Assembly: GCA_965218775.1 (NCBI GenBank) | Contig: CBDCLS010000004.1 | Span: 983,890 to 1,047,889, forward strand | Source: Acidobacteriota bacterium | Lineage (GTDB): Bacteria > Acidobacteriota > UBA6911 > RPQK01 > JAJDTT01 | Length of the DNA: 64,000 bases | Direction: 5' to 3' | In this document: piece by piece, positions 48,702 through 58,942 of the stretch | Layout of the letters: the number at the start of each line of letters is the position of its first letter | Numbering within the stretch: the stretch's first letter is position 1 | Notes under the pieces: generated by a model | Seen by the model: only the letters and a program-made list of their open reading frames with translations | What the model was told of the DNA's origin: nothing | Databases searched by the model: none | Made by a program: the position numbers and the translations under genes

Positions 48702-49297
48702 CCTGAGAGGCGCGGAAACAGCTTGCCGGTCCGCTTCTGGTAGCCGCGGTAGTCGTCCCCGAAGCGTTTAATCAGGTTCTCTTCTTCCTTCGTCGTACGG
48801 ATGAAAATCAGAGCGAAGGCGAGCCCTCCGGTCAGGGCCAGAAACCAGTTCGCTGTCGCCAAGGAGTCAGCAACGATGATCAGCCCAAATGCGAGGTAGA
48901 AGGGATGGCGAACCCATCGATAGGGACCCCAGGTGACAAGCGTGTGCTCGAGTCGGGTGACGACCGTATCAGTCAAATTGGTGCCCAAGCTCCGGAATAC
49001 CCAGACCAGAAGGCTCGCCGCAACAACTCCGATACCAACGCCAGACCATCGCAGCCAGATCGGCAGACCAACCTTGGACCAGACCATCCATTCTGGGTTG
49101 ATCAACCAAGCGAAGAGTCCGATCATCCTGAAAAGGGCAATCGGGCGCAAAGTCGCGAGGACGAACAGGCCTTCCTGTCGTCGATCCAGCGTCTCACCCG
49201 AGGCCTGAGACTTGAGTCGATGGTAGACCCCGATAGGGAATATGGCAGCAAATCCAATGATGAGGATAAGGCGAAACGTCTGATCGGCTTCCGTCAT
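48698..49297 (-). CDS. isoprenylcysteine carboxyl methyltransferase (ICMT) / phospholipid methyltransferase family membrane protein
   Basis: The ICMT pattern is GPYRWVRHPFYLA...EE..L...FG..Y..Y. It is multi-transmembrane. Confidence 0.6.
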   Translation of the reverse strand: MTEADQTFRLILIIGFAAIFPIGVYHRLKSQASGETLDRRQEGLFVLATLRPIALFRMIGLFAWLINPEWMVWSKVGLPIWLRWSGVGIGVVAASLLVWVFRSLGTNLTDTVVTRLEHTLVTWGPYRWVRHPFYLAFGLIIVADSLATANWFLALTGGLAFALIFIRTTKEEENLIKRFGDDYRGYQKRTGKLFPRLSG

Positions 49298-49442
49298 CTC
49301 CCACTCCCGCTATTGTACTACCAAACTCATTTAGACCAACCTTCACGTGCGTCGCCACTCCACCTTTACCGACGGGAGTCCTTACCTATACCGTTACCGT
49401 GGTTAACGCTATCATTGAGGGAGTCCTCTCGTTGAGGTACTC

Positions 49443-52400
49443 ATGACGAAAAATGCTCCCGGCTTGCGAATCCTGCTAACTACCTTGCTTCTTTGCGCCT
49501 CGAATGGTCTCTTCGCCGCTGGGACCGCCGCACCCAAATCTCTCGGCGACTTGACCGGACCCTGGCAGCTTTTCCTGGACGACTACCTTATCCAGGAAAA
49601 ATCCGGAGTAGTTCGGCGCTATCACCCCTTCGAAAAGCATGCCGCCAATCCTGTCCTGAAACCGGATCAGCCCTGGGAAGGCGAGGTAGCTTACCTGTTC
49701 GGCTCCGTTCTTCCGAACGAGAGCAGGACGGGTTATCGGATGTGGTATCACACCCATCGCGGGTATCGGAATCTCTATGCCACCAGCGAAGATGGAGTTC
49801 AGTGGATCAAACCGAACCTGGGCATCGCGGAGTTCAACGGCTCCCGCGCCAACAACATCTTCATCGAGAGGCCGCGGGAAAGTCACCTTCCGATCGTGAT
49901 CCATACCCCCTGGGAAGCCGACCCGAACCGCCGTTACAAGCTGATCTACTACGATTACGGGCGCACCGACGCCAAGCATCCCGTCAGCGGCTTCTACGGA
50001 GCCTACTCGGCCGACGGGGTGCATTGGAGCGAGGAGCTGGCTGAGCCGATTCTTCCCGACCCGGGCGATATCGGGAACTTCGTGTGGGACCCCAACCGAG
50101 GTCGCTACATCGGCTACGCCAAGATCTGGGCGGCAGTCGGTGGGTTCCGCCGTCGCAGTATTGGCTTCACGTCGACCGTCGACTTCGAAAACTGGCCTCC
50201 GACGGAATTGGTCCTGACACCAGACGAGGTCGATGACCGCTGGGTTGTCACCGACCGGCAGCGCACCGATTTCTATGGATTGGCGGCATTCCCCTACGAG
50301 TCCATGTACCTGGGCTTCCTCTGGGTGTTCCAGGTCACCGAAGGTACCAACGATGGACCCATCCACCTGGAGTTGGTCAGCAGCCGCGATGGGATCCGCT
50401 GGAAAAGACAGGAGGGAGATCGTCCACCGATTCTGGCCCTGGGTCGATCCGGAAGCTGGGATGGCGGGATGCTTCACACTGCGACTCAACCGCTGATTAG
50501 CGGAGACACCATCCATCTGCTCTACGGAGCCTCGGATCAAACCCACGAAAGTCAGATAGCCGATGGCTGGGGGAACTGCGCCATCGGTCTCGCCACCTTG
50601 AGAAAGGACGGTTTCGCCTCCCTGGATGCGGGCTCCAAGATAGCGACAATTACCACTCGACCGATCGAGAATCTGCAGGGCGGACTGCGTCTCAATGCCA
50701 ACGCCAGCAAGGGTTGGATCAGGGTCGAAGTTCTGGATGAAGCCGGCGAAGTCGTACCAGGTTTTGGGCTAGATCAATGCCAGCCCCTCAAGAAAGATGA
50801 CCTGGATCAGACGGTCACTTGGGAGAATCACCGGGCGCTTCCTCCTTCGAAGGCCCCGCTGAGAGTTCGTTTCCAGTTTCAAAATGCGTCCCTTTACGCT
50901 TTTCGTGCGGATCAACCGGTCACTCTGGCCACAGCGCCGGACCCCTTGAAGATCCTTCTCGACTTCGAGAACGATGGCGACGGCCCCTCCTCTGACAAGG
51001 CGGTCGCGGACGGTCGACAGAAGATACGTCTCCATCACTCCGCCAAGGTCGTCCAAGACAAAGCCAAGGCCGCCCACGGGCTTGGGGTTCTGGAATTCGC
51101 AGGCAGCGGCGCCACCCATGACGCCCTGGAGATTCTGGACACCAGGGATCTAGGCGAACAATTCACGCTGGCGCTGAAGCTGAGGACGCAGCAGCGAAAG
51201 GGCCAGCGCCGTCCCTTCACGGCCCGCCCCATGCGCCTTTTCAGCTCCTACCGGGGCACCGGAAAACCCACTTCGGGCGAACTCATCTTCGATTTTGACC
51301 CCAGGGCTGGAAGTCTGAGGTTTATCTGGAACGGGCAGACGATCACCTCCCGCTCGAGATGGATTCAGAAGGACAGGTACTACCACGTTGCTGCCACTTA
51401 TGATCGGGGACACGTCAAGCTCTTCTTGGACGGCGAGAACGTGGGCGAGGGAGACCTACTGCCCGGCACCTCCCACCTCTACTACGACCGTACCGTCCTG
51501 AGGCACCTCTCCCCAGCCAGTACCCCGCCCAAGGTAGGCGTTCATCTGGGCTCCAATCTGCGGGTGGGCCAGGACCTGGAGGGACGATTCATCACCTACA
51601 AGGCCCTGGAGCAGAGTAGCCCCGAGCATCAGCTGTTCGGCCTCGTAGACGACGTCCTCGTGCAGGAGGGTCCTCCCGAGTTCCCACTCAGCGTAAACCT
51701 CGGCAGGAAGAAAGATTTTATCCAGGCAATTGGGGAGATACAGAAATATGGAGTCGGTGGGGCCTGGGGTAAAGGAGGTTGGGCCCGATCCTTCCAGGGG
51801 CTTGATGGAACCATCTACCTTCAGGCAGAGAAGAAGACAACCGACGGGGGTAGGACTTCGGTCGACTATGACGGGCCTTCTTTCGAAGAGATCCTAAGGA
51901 TTCCAGAGGGGGTGATCCACAACCGTCCTGGACTGTTCTATGCCGTCGATGGGCCTGTCGATCTCAAGTCGCCAGATGTCTACACGGTTAGGGCCTGGCG
52001 TTCGACCGACGGGCTCCGGACCCTCCAGCAGGAAGAATCGACCGTGAGGATACCAGGGGGGCCACGTCGGCCGAGAAAGCCGGATGAATGGTACGGTTTC
52101 TACTTCTACCGGAACATGCTGGAACTGCCGGATAGGACCCTTTTGACCACCATGGAGGGGAATCTCGAGGACGACAAACTCAAACCCAACGACCGCCGTA
52201 GCGCCAGCGAGGCCCTCTACATGCAAAGGACCATTATCGTGACCTCCCGGGACGAGGGGCGAACCTGGGACTACCTCTCGACGGTAGCGGCGCCGGTGTC
52301 GGGGGATCCGGTGGGAGAAGGATTCGACGAGCCGACCATCCTGCGTCTCACCGACGGGCGGATCCTCTGTGTCATGCGGACGGGCCACTTCTCGCCCTTG

Positions 52401-52742
52401 TATGCATGCTGGAGTAGCGATGATGGAAAAACCTGGACCGAGCCGAAATACACGGGTCTGGAGCGTGGATGTGATCCTCACCTGCTGCTGTTGGAAGACG
52501 GGAGGATCCTCCTCAGCTATGGGGAGCGTTTTCCAACCGGTTCCTATTTGAAACCGAAGAAGAGAGGCGCGCTCGTAAAGTTCGCGCTCAGTGACGACGG
52601 TGGAGAAAAATGGCGGGTTGCCACGGTCGCTGCAGGCATGGGATCCTCCTACTCGACCATCATCGAGGTGGAACCCAATCTGATCTTCTGCCAGGTGGAT
52701 GGTTGGTTCTGGAGAGTGCAACTGAAACCTCGCGGCTTCTGA
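49443..52742 (+). CDS. large secreted multidomain glycosidase-like protein: an N-terminal GH-like beta-propeller, a LamG/ConA-like domain and C-terminal BNR (Asp-box) sialidase-like repeats
   Basis: The N-terminal ~490 aa are paralogous to 9507..11010 and share the C-terminal motif NASLYAFR. The LamG pattern is ...YHVAATYDRGHVKLFLDG. Asp-boxes are SRDEGRTW, SSDDGKTW and LSDDGGEKW. Confidence 0.65.
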   Translation: MTKNAPGLRILLTTLLLCASNGLFAAGTAAPKSLGDLTGPWQLFLDDYLIQEKSGVVRRYHPFEKHAANPVLKPDQPWEGEVAYLFGSVLPNESRTGYRMWYHTHRGYRNLYATSEDGVQWIKPNLGIAEFNGSRANNIFIERPRESHLPIVIHTPWEADPNRRYKLIYYDYGRTDAKHPVSGFYGAYSADGVHWSEELAEPILPDPGDIGNFVWDPNRGRYIGYAKIWAAVGGFRRRSIGFTSTVDFENWPPTELVLTPDEVDDRWVVTDRQRTDFYGLAAFPYESMYLGFLWVFQVTEGTNDGPIHLELVSSRDGIRWKRQEGDRPPILALGRSGSWDGGMLHTATQPLISGDTIHLLYGASDQTHESQIADGWGNCAIGLATLRKDGFASLDAGSKIATITTRPIENLQGGLRLNANASKGWIRVEVLDEAGEVVPGFGLDQCQPLKKDDLDQTVTWENHRALPPSKAPLRVRFQFQNASLYAFRADQPVTLATAPDPLKILLDFENDGDGPSSDKAVADGRQKIRLHHSAKVVQDKAKAAHGLGVLEFAGSGATHDALEILDTRDLGEQFTLALKLRTQQRKGQRRPFTARPMRLFSSYRGTGKPTSGELIFDFDPRAGSLRFIWNGQTITSRSRWIQKDRYYHVAATYDRGHVKLFLDGENVGEGDLLPGTSHLYYDRTVLRHLSPASTPPKVGVHLGSNLRVGQDLEGRFITYKALEQSSPEHQLFGLVDDVLVQEGPPEFPLSVNLGRKKDFIQAIGEIQKYGVGGAWGKGGWARSFQGLDGTIYLQAEKKTTDGGRTSVDYDGPSFEEILRIPEGVIHNRPGLFYAVDGPVDLKSPDVYTVRAWRSTDGLRTLQQEESTVRIPGGPRRPRKPDEWYGFYFYRNMLELPDRTLLTTMEGNLEDDKLKPNDRRSASEALYMQRTIIVTSRDEGRTWDYLSTVAAPVSGDPVGEGFDEPTILRLTDGRILCVMRTGHFSPLYACWSSDDGKTWTEPKYTGLERGCDPHLLLLEDGRILLSYGERFPTGSYLKPKKRGALVKFALSDDGGEKWRVATVAAGMGSSYSTIIEVEPNLIFCQVDGWFWRVQLKPRGF

Positions 52743-52822
52743 CCTGTCCCCGCTGGCATTGGCTGATACCGGGCTTGACCGTGCTCTTTATGGTGGAACC
52801 ATTGGCACCAAGGAGAATCTCT

Positions 52823-54253
52823 ATGAAGCTATCGTCCCTGCTCTTGAGTGCGGTGTTTATCCTTCAATCTTCCTTGCTTCTGGGCGAGGGGATTTGGTCC
52901 CGGTTCAGAGGCCCTAACGGAAGCGGCGTGTCCCAGTCCGGCACCTTGCCCACCCGGTTTGGGCCAGACGAGAACGTCGTGTGGAAGACCGCCCTACCTC
53001 CCGGGCATTCCTCCCCCGTCTTCTCTGGCGATTCGATTTTCTTGACCGGCTTCGGCGAGGACGAGGTCGTTACGCTGGCACTGAATCGGAAGACGGGAAA
53101 GATCCGGTGGCGAAGTGAGACCGCCAGGAACCGTCGGGGCAATCTCCACGAGGTCAACTCGCCGGCCTCTCCGAGTCCAGTGACCGACGGCAAGGACGTC
53201 TATGTCTTTTTCCAGGATGTGGGTCTCATCTCCTATGACGCGCAAGGAAAGGAACGCTGGCGGGTTCAACTGGGTCCCTTCAACACACCCTTCGGCATCG
53301 CAGCCTCACCGGTTCTCGCTGGCAACCACGTCGTTCAGGTATGTGACGGGGAATCCGGCTCCTTCATGGTGGCGGTCGAAAAAAAGACGGGGCGGCTTGC
53401 CTGGCGCGATGAGCGGCCCAGCGTAAGGCGGGGTTTCTCAACCCCGGTGCTGTATCAACCTGAAGACGGCAGTGGGGTTCAGGTCCTGGTTCCCGGAACC
53501 TACCAGTTGATCGCCTACTCAGCCCAGTCAGGAGACAGAGTCTGGTGGGTCGATGGACTTACCTGGCAGCTGAAGCCTACACCCGTAATGGATGAAGACT
53601 CAATCTACGTCCTGGGCTGGGCAGGTGGGACCGACAAGGGCCGTAAGGACGCGAACTTCCGGCAAGTTCTGGCGCTACTGGACGGGGATAGGGACGGAAG
53701 GATCTCCAAGAAAGAGGCCGATAAAGGCACCGATCCCAAGATTCTGAAAGGGTGGAAAGATGCAGAGGATCTTGACGGGAGCGGCTATTTCGAAGAAAGA
53801 GACTGGGAGCTGCATCAGAGAAAGCGCACCTCGGTCAACTCTATCCAGAAGATTCGTCTGGGCGGGAAGGGCAACATGACCGAGCAGTCGGCGGGCTGGA
53901 AATACCAGAAGAGCCTACCGAACGTGCCTTCTCCACTTCTCTACCAGGACGTCATCTACATGGTGAAGGATGGAGCCATCGTGACGTCTCTGGACCCGAG
54001 CAACGGTGAGGTCCTCAAACAAGGGCGGTCCAAAGAGGCGATGAATCGCTACTTTGCCTCTCCCGTGGGTGGGGACGGCAAGGTCTATCTGCTGAGTGAA
54101 GCCGGCGAAGTATCGGTGCTCAAGGCAGCCCCAGAGTGGGAAGTGCTCCAGGTGAACCGAATGGGCGAGCCCTGCTACGCCACGCCCGCTCTGGTGGACG
54201 GCAAGATCTACCTACGAACCGAGAGCGCACTGTATTGCTTCGACCAGGGTTGA
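52823..54253 (+). CDS. PQQ-like (BamB-type) beta-propeller repeat protein with an EF-hand-like insert, secreted
   Basis: It has a signal peptide MKLSSLLLSAVFIL after an AAGGAG ribosome-binding site. It has repeated WR/WK propeller motifs and the insert DGDRDGRISKKE. Confidence 0.5.
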   Translation: MKLSSLLLSAVFILQSSLLLGEGIWSRFRGPNGSGVSQSGTLPTRFGPDENVVWKTALPPGHSSPVFSGDSIFLTGFGEDEVVTLALNRKTGKIRWRSETARNRRGNLHEVNSPASPSPVTDGKDVYVFFQDVGLISYDAQGKERWRVQLGPFNTPFGIAASPVLAGNHVVQVCDGESGSFMVAVEKKTGRLAWRDERPSVRRGFSTPVLYQPEDGSGVQVLVPGTYQLIAYSAQSGDRVWWVDGLTWQLKPTPVMDEDSIYVLGWAGGTDKGRKDANFRQVLALLDGDRDGRISKKEADKGTDPKILKGWKDAEDLDGSGYFEERDWELHQRKRTSVNSIQKIRLGGKGNMTEQSAGWKYQKSLPNVPSPLLYQDVIYMVKDGAIVTSLDPSNGEVLKQGRSKEAMNRYFASPVGGDGKVYLLSEAGEVSVLKAAPEWEVLQVNRMGEPCYATPALVDGKIYLRTESALYCFDQG

Positions 54254-54265
54254 TCTAGGCTGAAT

Positions 54266-54395
54266 AGTGAGCAGTGATGCCGTGAGTAGTGAGCAGTGCC
54301 GCGAACGACGTGACTGGCTAGCAGTATGAGGCCAGGTTCCGGCCGTCGAGGACGACGAAGGTGGGAGCGAGCCGGACAACAGCACAATCCACCGT
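54266..54395. repeat. REP-like repeat, family B, copy 3 (with an internal deletion)
   Basis: agtgagcagtgatgccgtgagtagtgagcagtgccgcgaacgacgtgactggctagcagtatgaggccaggttccgg...gagccggacaacagca. Confidence 0.55.
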
Positions 54396-54470
54396 GACCG
54401 AATCCCAATTTGGAGCCACCACCTTCGGGCAACTCCAGATTGCGCAAAACGTCAGCCCCAGAAAAAGCGC

Positions 54471-55168
54471 CTAAATCCACCTGACCTTGACGTTGCTGAT
54501 CCCATTCTGGATGTCGAATCTGATCATTTTCCCGGCGCGATCCAAATTCTCACTGTAGTAGGTGTCCCCCTTCTTCTTGAAACCGGACCGGCAGCACTTC
54601 GAAAAGAATCCATCTCCCGTTCTAATCTCGGCTCCCACATCGCTTGGAATCCGTAATTCAAGGCTGCCAATACCAACCTGGATAGCCACATCGCCATCTT
54701 GTAGCCATTCTCCCGAGAAATCCAGTTTCGCGGTCCCCACTCCACCGCTGAAGCTAAGTTCTTTGAATCCAAAGTTACCCAGACCGATCACGGTCAGAGA
54801 CCCGACGCCGCTATCGAGCGTCACCCGCTCGCAGTCGATTTTATTGGGCTTCAACATCGAAAGCGTGGTCTCACCGATCCCATTACTCAAGCTGAATGAA
54901 CGGGTCGACAGACCGGTGAGATCTATCCTGCTTTCGCCGACACCCGTCTGGGTAACCAGATCAAGTTCCACCATGGGGTTCAGTCGCAGATAGAGTCGGG
55001 TGTTCGAACTCCCATCCAACCAGTCCTGCCCCATCTTGCACTGCAACCGAGCGAGATCTCCCCTCCTTTGCACGTCCAGACGGGGCTCAACGGCCCGGCC
55101 GTCGAAGCTGACTTCAGCCTCGTAGAGACTGGATGGATCTCCCTGATCAATCATTAGATATCCCACTT
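54471..55168 (-). pseudogene. the 3' portion of a DUF4097 (toast-rack/LiaG-like) lipoprotein gene, split by an IS insertion
   Basis: The repetitive beta-strand domain reads in the same frame as the 5' fragment at 56485..56647 once the IS and one TSD copy are removed. Confidence 0.6.
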
Positions 55169-56484
55169 CAGTAGTGTCCCAGCGTTAGTCGAATAATATC
55201 AACTGTTTATGAATGTCACTATTCTGAGTAATGTAGTCCATGTCCTGAAAGGCCTGTAAAATGGGGGTTTTCTCGAAGAGCGAGACGCTCAGGACCTGGA
55301 GAATTGTGTAGAGCGGCAACTCGAGATAGAGACGCTTGCGAATGATGGCGATGAGCAGGTAGGTGCTGAGGGCGATCCAGATTTGTGTTTTCACGGCATT
55401 GGGACTGGTGCCGTAAAAGGCCTTGATGCGGAGATGCTGTTTGATCCATTTGAAGAACAGTTCGATCTGCCAGCGGAGCTTGTAGAGCTGGGCAATGGTC
55501 AGAGCGGGAGAAGCAAAGTCGTTGGTGAGGAATACGAGCCGCAGGTCGGTGGTGACGTCGAAGAACTTGATACGACGCAAAGGTTCGGGGTAGGCCTTGG
55601 CCGGATAGAAGGTGCTCAGCAGGACAGTTTGGTCGCAGACTAGTCCGGTCGTTCTGTCCACCGCATGGGAGTAGCGGCGGCGGAACTTGAAGTTGGCCTT
55701 GGCGCGGGTCACGAACAACGACCGAGCGGTATGGAGTCGGTACAGGCGCCCGAAATCCAGGTATCCGCGATCCATGATGTAGTAGGCACCGGGACAAGGC
55801 ATCAGGTGGTCCAAGGCGTTGACATCGTGCAGTTTCCCGTCCGAGATCAGAACAAATTCGGGAATGGCGCCGTGCAGGTTGAGTAAGGTATGCAGTTTGA
55901 TCGCCCCCTTGGTGCGGCGGAAGCGCGCCCAGGGGAAGACCGAGAGGCACAGGTCGATGGTCGTGGAATCCAAGGCATAGACGGTCGCGTCCAGGTCGAC
56001 TCCCAGGTCCTCGTCGGTGTAAAGGCTGCGCGCTTCGGCGATGAGCACTTCGGCAAACTCGGCATAGATGCGCCAGTCTCGCCTCTCGTTGGCATTGGAC
56101 AGATTGTTGCGGGAGACCGTGGAGCGAATGCCCATGTGGAAGAGCTTGGATCTCATGGCCCGTAGGCAGGCTTCGATATCGCGCAAGCTCTCGCGATAGG
56201 TCAACTGCGCAAATGCCATGACCCGGTAATGGTCGGCACAACGGAATGACTTGACCTTGTAGTCGCCTCGGTAGTGCTGAACAATGCGATGAAAACGATG
56301 CCAGGGAAGATGCCGCATCACCTGAGAAAAGATCGTCGTGCCCGTGTACATGCCCGCCCTCCTTATGAACTGAAGGGCGTGAGCATACACTCACTTTCAA
56401 GTCGGAAACACCTATTATCTTCTCTAACATATTGCTCATTAATACTTTACAGAGATTAGAGTCCCAAACGTTGGGACACTACTG
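55169..56484. mobile_element. IS4-family IS element, 1316 bp, with an 18-bp terminal inverted repeat and a 9-bp target-site duplication
   Basis: The terminal inverted repeat is cagtagtgtcccagcgtt (55169-55186) / aacgttgggacactactg (56467-56484), with 1 mismatch. The direct repeat atcccactt lies at 55160-55168 and 56485-56493. The element has lower GC than its flanks. Confidence 0.8.
55185..56390 (-). CDS. IS4-family DDE transposase
   Basis: Its C-terminus LYKLRWQIELFFKWIKQHLRIKAFYGTSPNAVKTQIWIALSTYLL is the classic IS4 signature. Confidence 0.8.
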   Translation of the reverse strand: MYAHALQFIRRAGMYTGTTIFSQVMRHLPWHRFHRIVQHYRGDYKVKSFRCADHYRVMAFAQLTYRESLRDIEACLRAMRSKLFHMGIRSTVSRNNLSNANERRDWRIYAEFAEVLIAEARSLYTDEDLGVDLDATVYALDSTTIDLCLSVFPWARFRRTKGAIKLHTLLNLHGAIPEFVLISDGKLHDVNALDHLMPCPGAYYIMDRGYLDFGRLYRLHTARSLFVTRAKANFKFRRRYSHAVDRTTGLVCDQTVLLSTFYPAKAYPEPLRRIKFFDVTTDLRLVFLTNDFASPALTIAQLYKLRWQIELFFKWIKQHLRIKAFYGTSPNAVKTQIWIALSTYLLIAIIRKRLYLELPLYTILQVLSVSLFEKTPILQAFQDMDYITQNSDIHKQLILFD

Positions 56485-56647
56485 ATCCCACTTCGAGATA
56501 CACTTCCGCTTCAAGCCGGCTCTCCCCTTCGAGAGGACCTACCTCGCGGATGCTTTCGCTGGCTAAGTCATTACTGTGCAGGGAGACTCCACAAGACGTC
56601 AGAAAAACCAAACACGGTAGCATCGAACTAATCTTTGGCATGCTCAC
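56485..56647 (-). pseudogene. the 5' portion (lipoprotein signal peptide plus ~35 aa) of the IS-disrupted DUF4097 gene
   Basis: It reads MSMPKISSMLPCLVFLTSCGVSLHSNDL... (lipobox LTSC). Its start overlaps the stop of the upstream gene (ATGA). Its frame joins 54471..55168 across the TSD as ...EVG|YLMIDQ.... Confidence 0.6.
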
Positions 56648-58401
56648 CCTCTCTGTCTGATCCGGATCTTTGAGTAGGTCGTTCGAAGTTGAATCTGAGG
56701 CGCGCCCTGACCGCGGACCAGATCCAGGACACCCTTGCTCTCGTCCCCCGGAGGCGGGAAATCTGAAAGAACCTGCCCTCCTTTGGAGCGCGCCGTCAGG
56801 GTAAAGTCGCTGTCGGCAGGAATCGACAAAGAAATCTCTCCGTAGCTGTTGGAAGCCGTGATCGGACCGAGTAGAGGACTGGGTACCGTTATCGAGATCT
56901 TGCCGTACTCATTCTCTACTTCGACAGGCCCGGAAACCCGTTCGACCACTACCGCTTTAAATGATGTTCCTACCTTGACGGGTCCCCCGACCTGGGCTAG
57001 AGAGACCTTCGAACCGCGTCCCACGATGGTAGCACCAGCCCCGATGTCCTCCGCCGCCAGGTCGGCGAAGGTGGCCTTGGCGTCGAGAAAACCCTTGATG
57101 TTGGAGAGACTCACCTCACTGTAGGACGTCACCAAATCCAGGCCATCCCCCAACTGCTGAGCGCTCACCCTCTTGTACGAATTCTCAATCGAAACGCTTT
57201 TCTGAACATCGGAAACGTCCACCTCAGATCCCGATCCCTGCACGGTGACCTGGCCGGTTACGTCTTCCACTCGGACCTGGCCGAAGTGATTCTTCGCCTC
57301 TAGATCGCCATCGATATTGCGAGCCGTAATCGTCTTGTAACTGCTCTCCAGGTGGGTACTTCCGACAATCTTCTGGACGGTAATGGAGCCGTGCCGGTTG
57401 TGCGCAAGAACGGTGCCGATGACATTCCGAATCTCGATGCCCTTGTACCTGTTGGTCACCTCCAGATTCCCGGTTACGGATTCCACGTAGACTCGCCCAT
57501 AGGTACTCTCCAGCCTGCACGGCCCTCCGATGCCGGAAACACGGGTATCGCCATAATCATTCCTGACGGTCAGGGTTACCGTCTTGGGAACTTTGATAGC
57601 AAGATGAGTGCGCAATCTCTGCCCCTGCCTTCCGAGTTGCTTTCGGTTGGTACCGATACGAAGGACATTTCCCTCCCGAGCTGTCGCAATCGTGAATTTT
57701 TCCGCCTGTGTCTTGGCGTCCTCCTCTGAGCGATCACGAACAACTTTCTCGAGCTCGATCTCGACGCTCTCGGACTGAGCAGAATCAACGCGAACACGTC
57801 CGTAGGCATTCGTCACTTCCACGGTGTCGATCCCCACTGCCTCGAGACGTCGCTCGACCCGAAAGCGATGTTCCTGGACCAAAACCCCTTCCAGGACCTC
57901 CGGGAACACAGTGCCTTCCCCAAGACCAATCAGAGCAAAATGGGCGCGGGAGATTTGTCCTGAGAGCAGGCCCAGACTAACGATCAGGAGAATGCCTAGG
58001 ATCTCTGCCGCCCTGACACGGATTGGCGTCTCCATCCGCAAGAAATCGATCACCTTTCCCAGGCCCAGGAGAATAAGGATGGCAGGCCAGTAGCTTGTGA
58101 AGACGTTCCAGCCGTCGACGATCCCCAATAGATCGCATAGAACAAGCGTCCCTACCGAGGTCCAGAAAATGCCGCTGAGCAGCCCCACCTTTCCGGGTCT
58201 GCTGTGGAGCTCCGACTCGCTCCAGGTGAAGTGCCGGACCAGCCGGGTGAGGCCAACCAGGATCAAGAGGCCCGGCACCGCGATCTTGAGGATCAAGGAC
58301 CACCCAACCGACTTCGGAAGGAGACTTGGGACGAAAAACAGCAACCCCAGCAATACCAGGGCGACTCCAAAGAGGAGCGTCTTAATTTGCTTCTTGGCCA
58401 T
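56644..58401 (-). CDS. membrane protein with N-terminal transmembrane helices and a C-terminal DUF4097-like repeated beta-strand domain
   Basis: Hydrophobic N-terminal segments are followed by repetitive V/T-rich beta units similar to the downstream lipoprotein. Confidence 0.55.
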   Translation of the reverse strand: MAKKQIKTLLFGVALVLLGLLFFVPSLLPKSVGWSLILKIAVPGLLILVGLTRLVRHFTWSESELHSRPGKVGLLSGIFWTSVGTLVLCDLLGIVDGWNVFTSYWPAILILLGLGKVIDFLRMETPIRVRAAEILGILLIVSLGLLSGQISRAHFALIGLGEGTVFPEVLEGVLVQEHRFRVERRLEAVGIDTVEVTNAYGRVRVDSAQSESVEIELEKVVRDRSEEDAKTQAEKFTIATAREGNVLRIGTNRKQLGRQGQRLRTHLAIKVPKTVTLTVRNDYGDTRVSGIGGPCRLESTYGRVYVESVTGNLEVTNRYKGIEIRNVIGTVLAHNRHGSITVQKIVGSTHLESSYKTITARNIDGDLEAKNHFGQVRVEDVTGQVTVQGSGSEVDVSDVQKSVSIENSYKRVSAQQLGDGLDLVTSYSEVSLSNIKGFLDAKATFADLAAEDIGAGATIVGRGSKVSLAQVGGPVKVGTSFKAVVVERVSGPVEVENEYGKISITVPSPLLGPITASNSYGEISLSIPADSDFTLTARSKGGQVLSDFPPPGDESKGVLDLVRGQGAPQIQLRTTYSKIRIRQRG

Positions 58402-58942
58402 GATGGTTCTTTTCTGGAGTTGGTGGAAGTGGAGGGGCTTGCTGTGGAGCAGAACCCTCTTTCCGCGACTTTCTCAGCCCGCGCAAGTAGTCGAAGATCA
58501 GGTAGCTCCCCAGACCTATGAAGATAAGAGGCCAGAACTTGACGATGGCGTGGACCCTGAAGACATCGAGACTATCCAGGAGGAAGACGATCCCCATCAG
58601 GATCAAGGCGCCACCCCACAGGGGAAGGTTGATCTGCTCTGGGGAATCTGCCTGGGAAGGACTGGGTGTTCTACGGGCAATGACTTCAGCAGAGCGGTAG
58701 GCGTCAATGATCGTGAATATGTAGAAGACAAAGGCTGCCATTGTGAACGGTTCGACGCTCTCACCGACAATCATCAGACCGGCGAAGACAGCGAAGTGAA
58801 CCACTGCCTTGATGTACTCCCGGTTGTAGACGGCCCCTATGCTTGGGATCAGGGCTGCCGCCGCCGCCCGGCCGGGAGAGTGACTCTGCCCTCGGACAGG
58901 CTGATGGGGCGCTGTGTGCTGTGCGTCTTGCTGGTTATTCAT
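58382..58942 (-). CDS. membrane protein of unknown function in an ECF-sigma operon
   Basis: It has 4-5 predicted transmembrane segments and overlaps both neighbours. Confidence 0.4.
   Translation of the reverse strand: MNNQQDAQHTAPHQPVRGQSHSPGRAAAAALIPSIGAVYNREYIKAVVHFAVFAGLMIVGESVEPFTMAAFVFYIFTIIDAYRSAEVIARRTPSPSQADSPEQINLPLWGGALILMGIVFLLDSLDVFRVHAIVKFWPLIFIGLGSYLIFDYLRGLRKSRKEGSAPQQAPPLPPTPEKNHHGQEAN

Noticed and set aside
49476-50546. 356-aa minus-strand ORF
   Set aside because: It is antisense to the 1099-aa multidomain glycosidase gene.
51894-52721. 275-aa minus-strand ORF
   Set aside because: It is antisense to the BNR/sialidase-like C-terminus of the 1099-aa gene.
52610-52822. 5' extension of the PQQ-propeller ORF overlapping the preceding gene
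   Set aside because: The signal peptide MKLSSLLLS preceded by AAGGAG at 52823 is the credible start. The extension overlaps the upstream gene's 3' end.
55219-56439. 406-aa minus-strand ORF overlapping the IS4 transposase gene
   Set aside because: It is in an alternate frame of the transposase gene. It is proline/arginine-rich and low-complexity, typical of an out-of-frame translation of GC-rich DNA. The 55185..56390 frame carries the IS4 signature.
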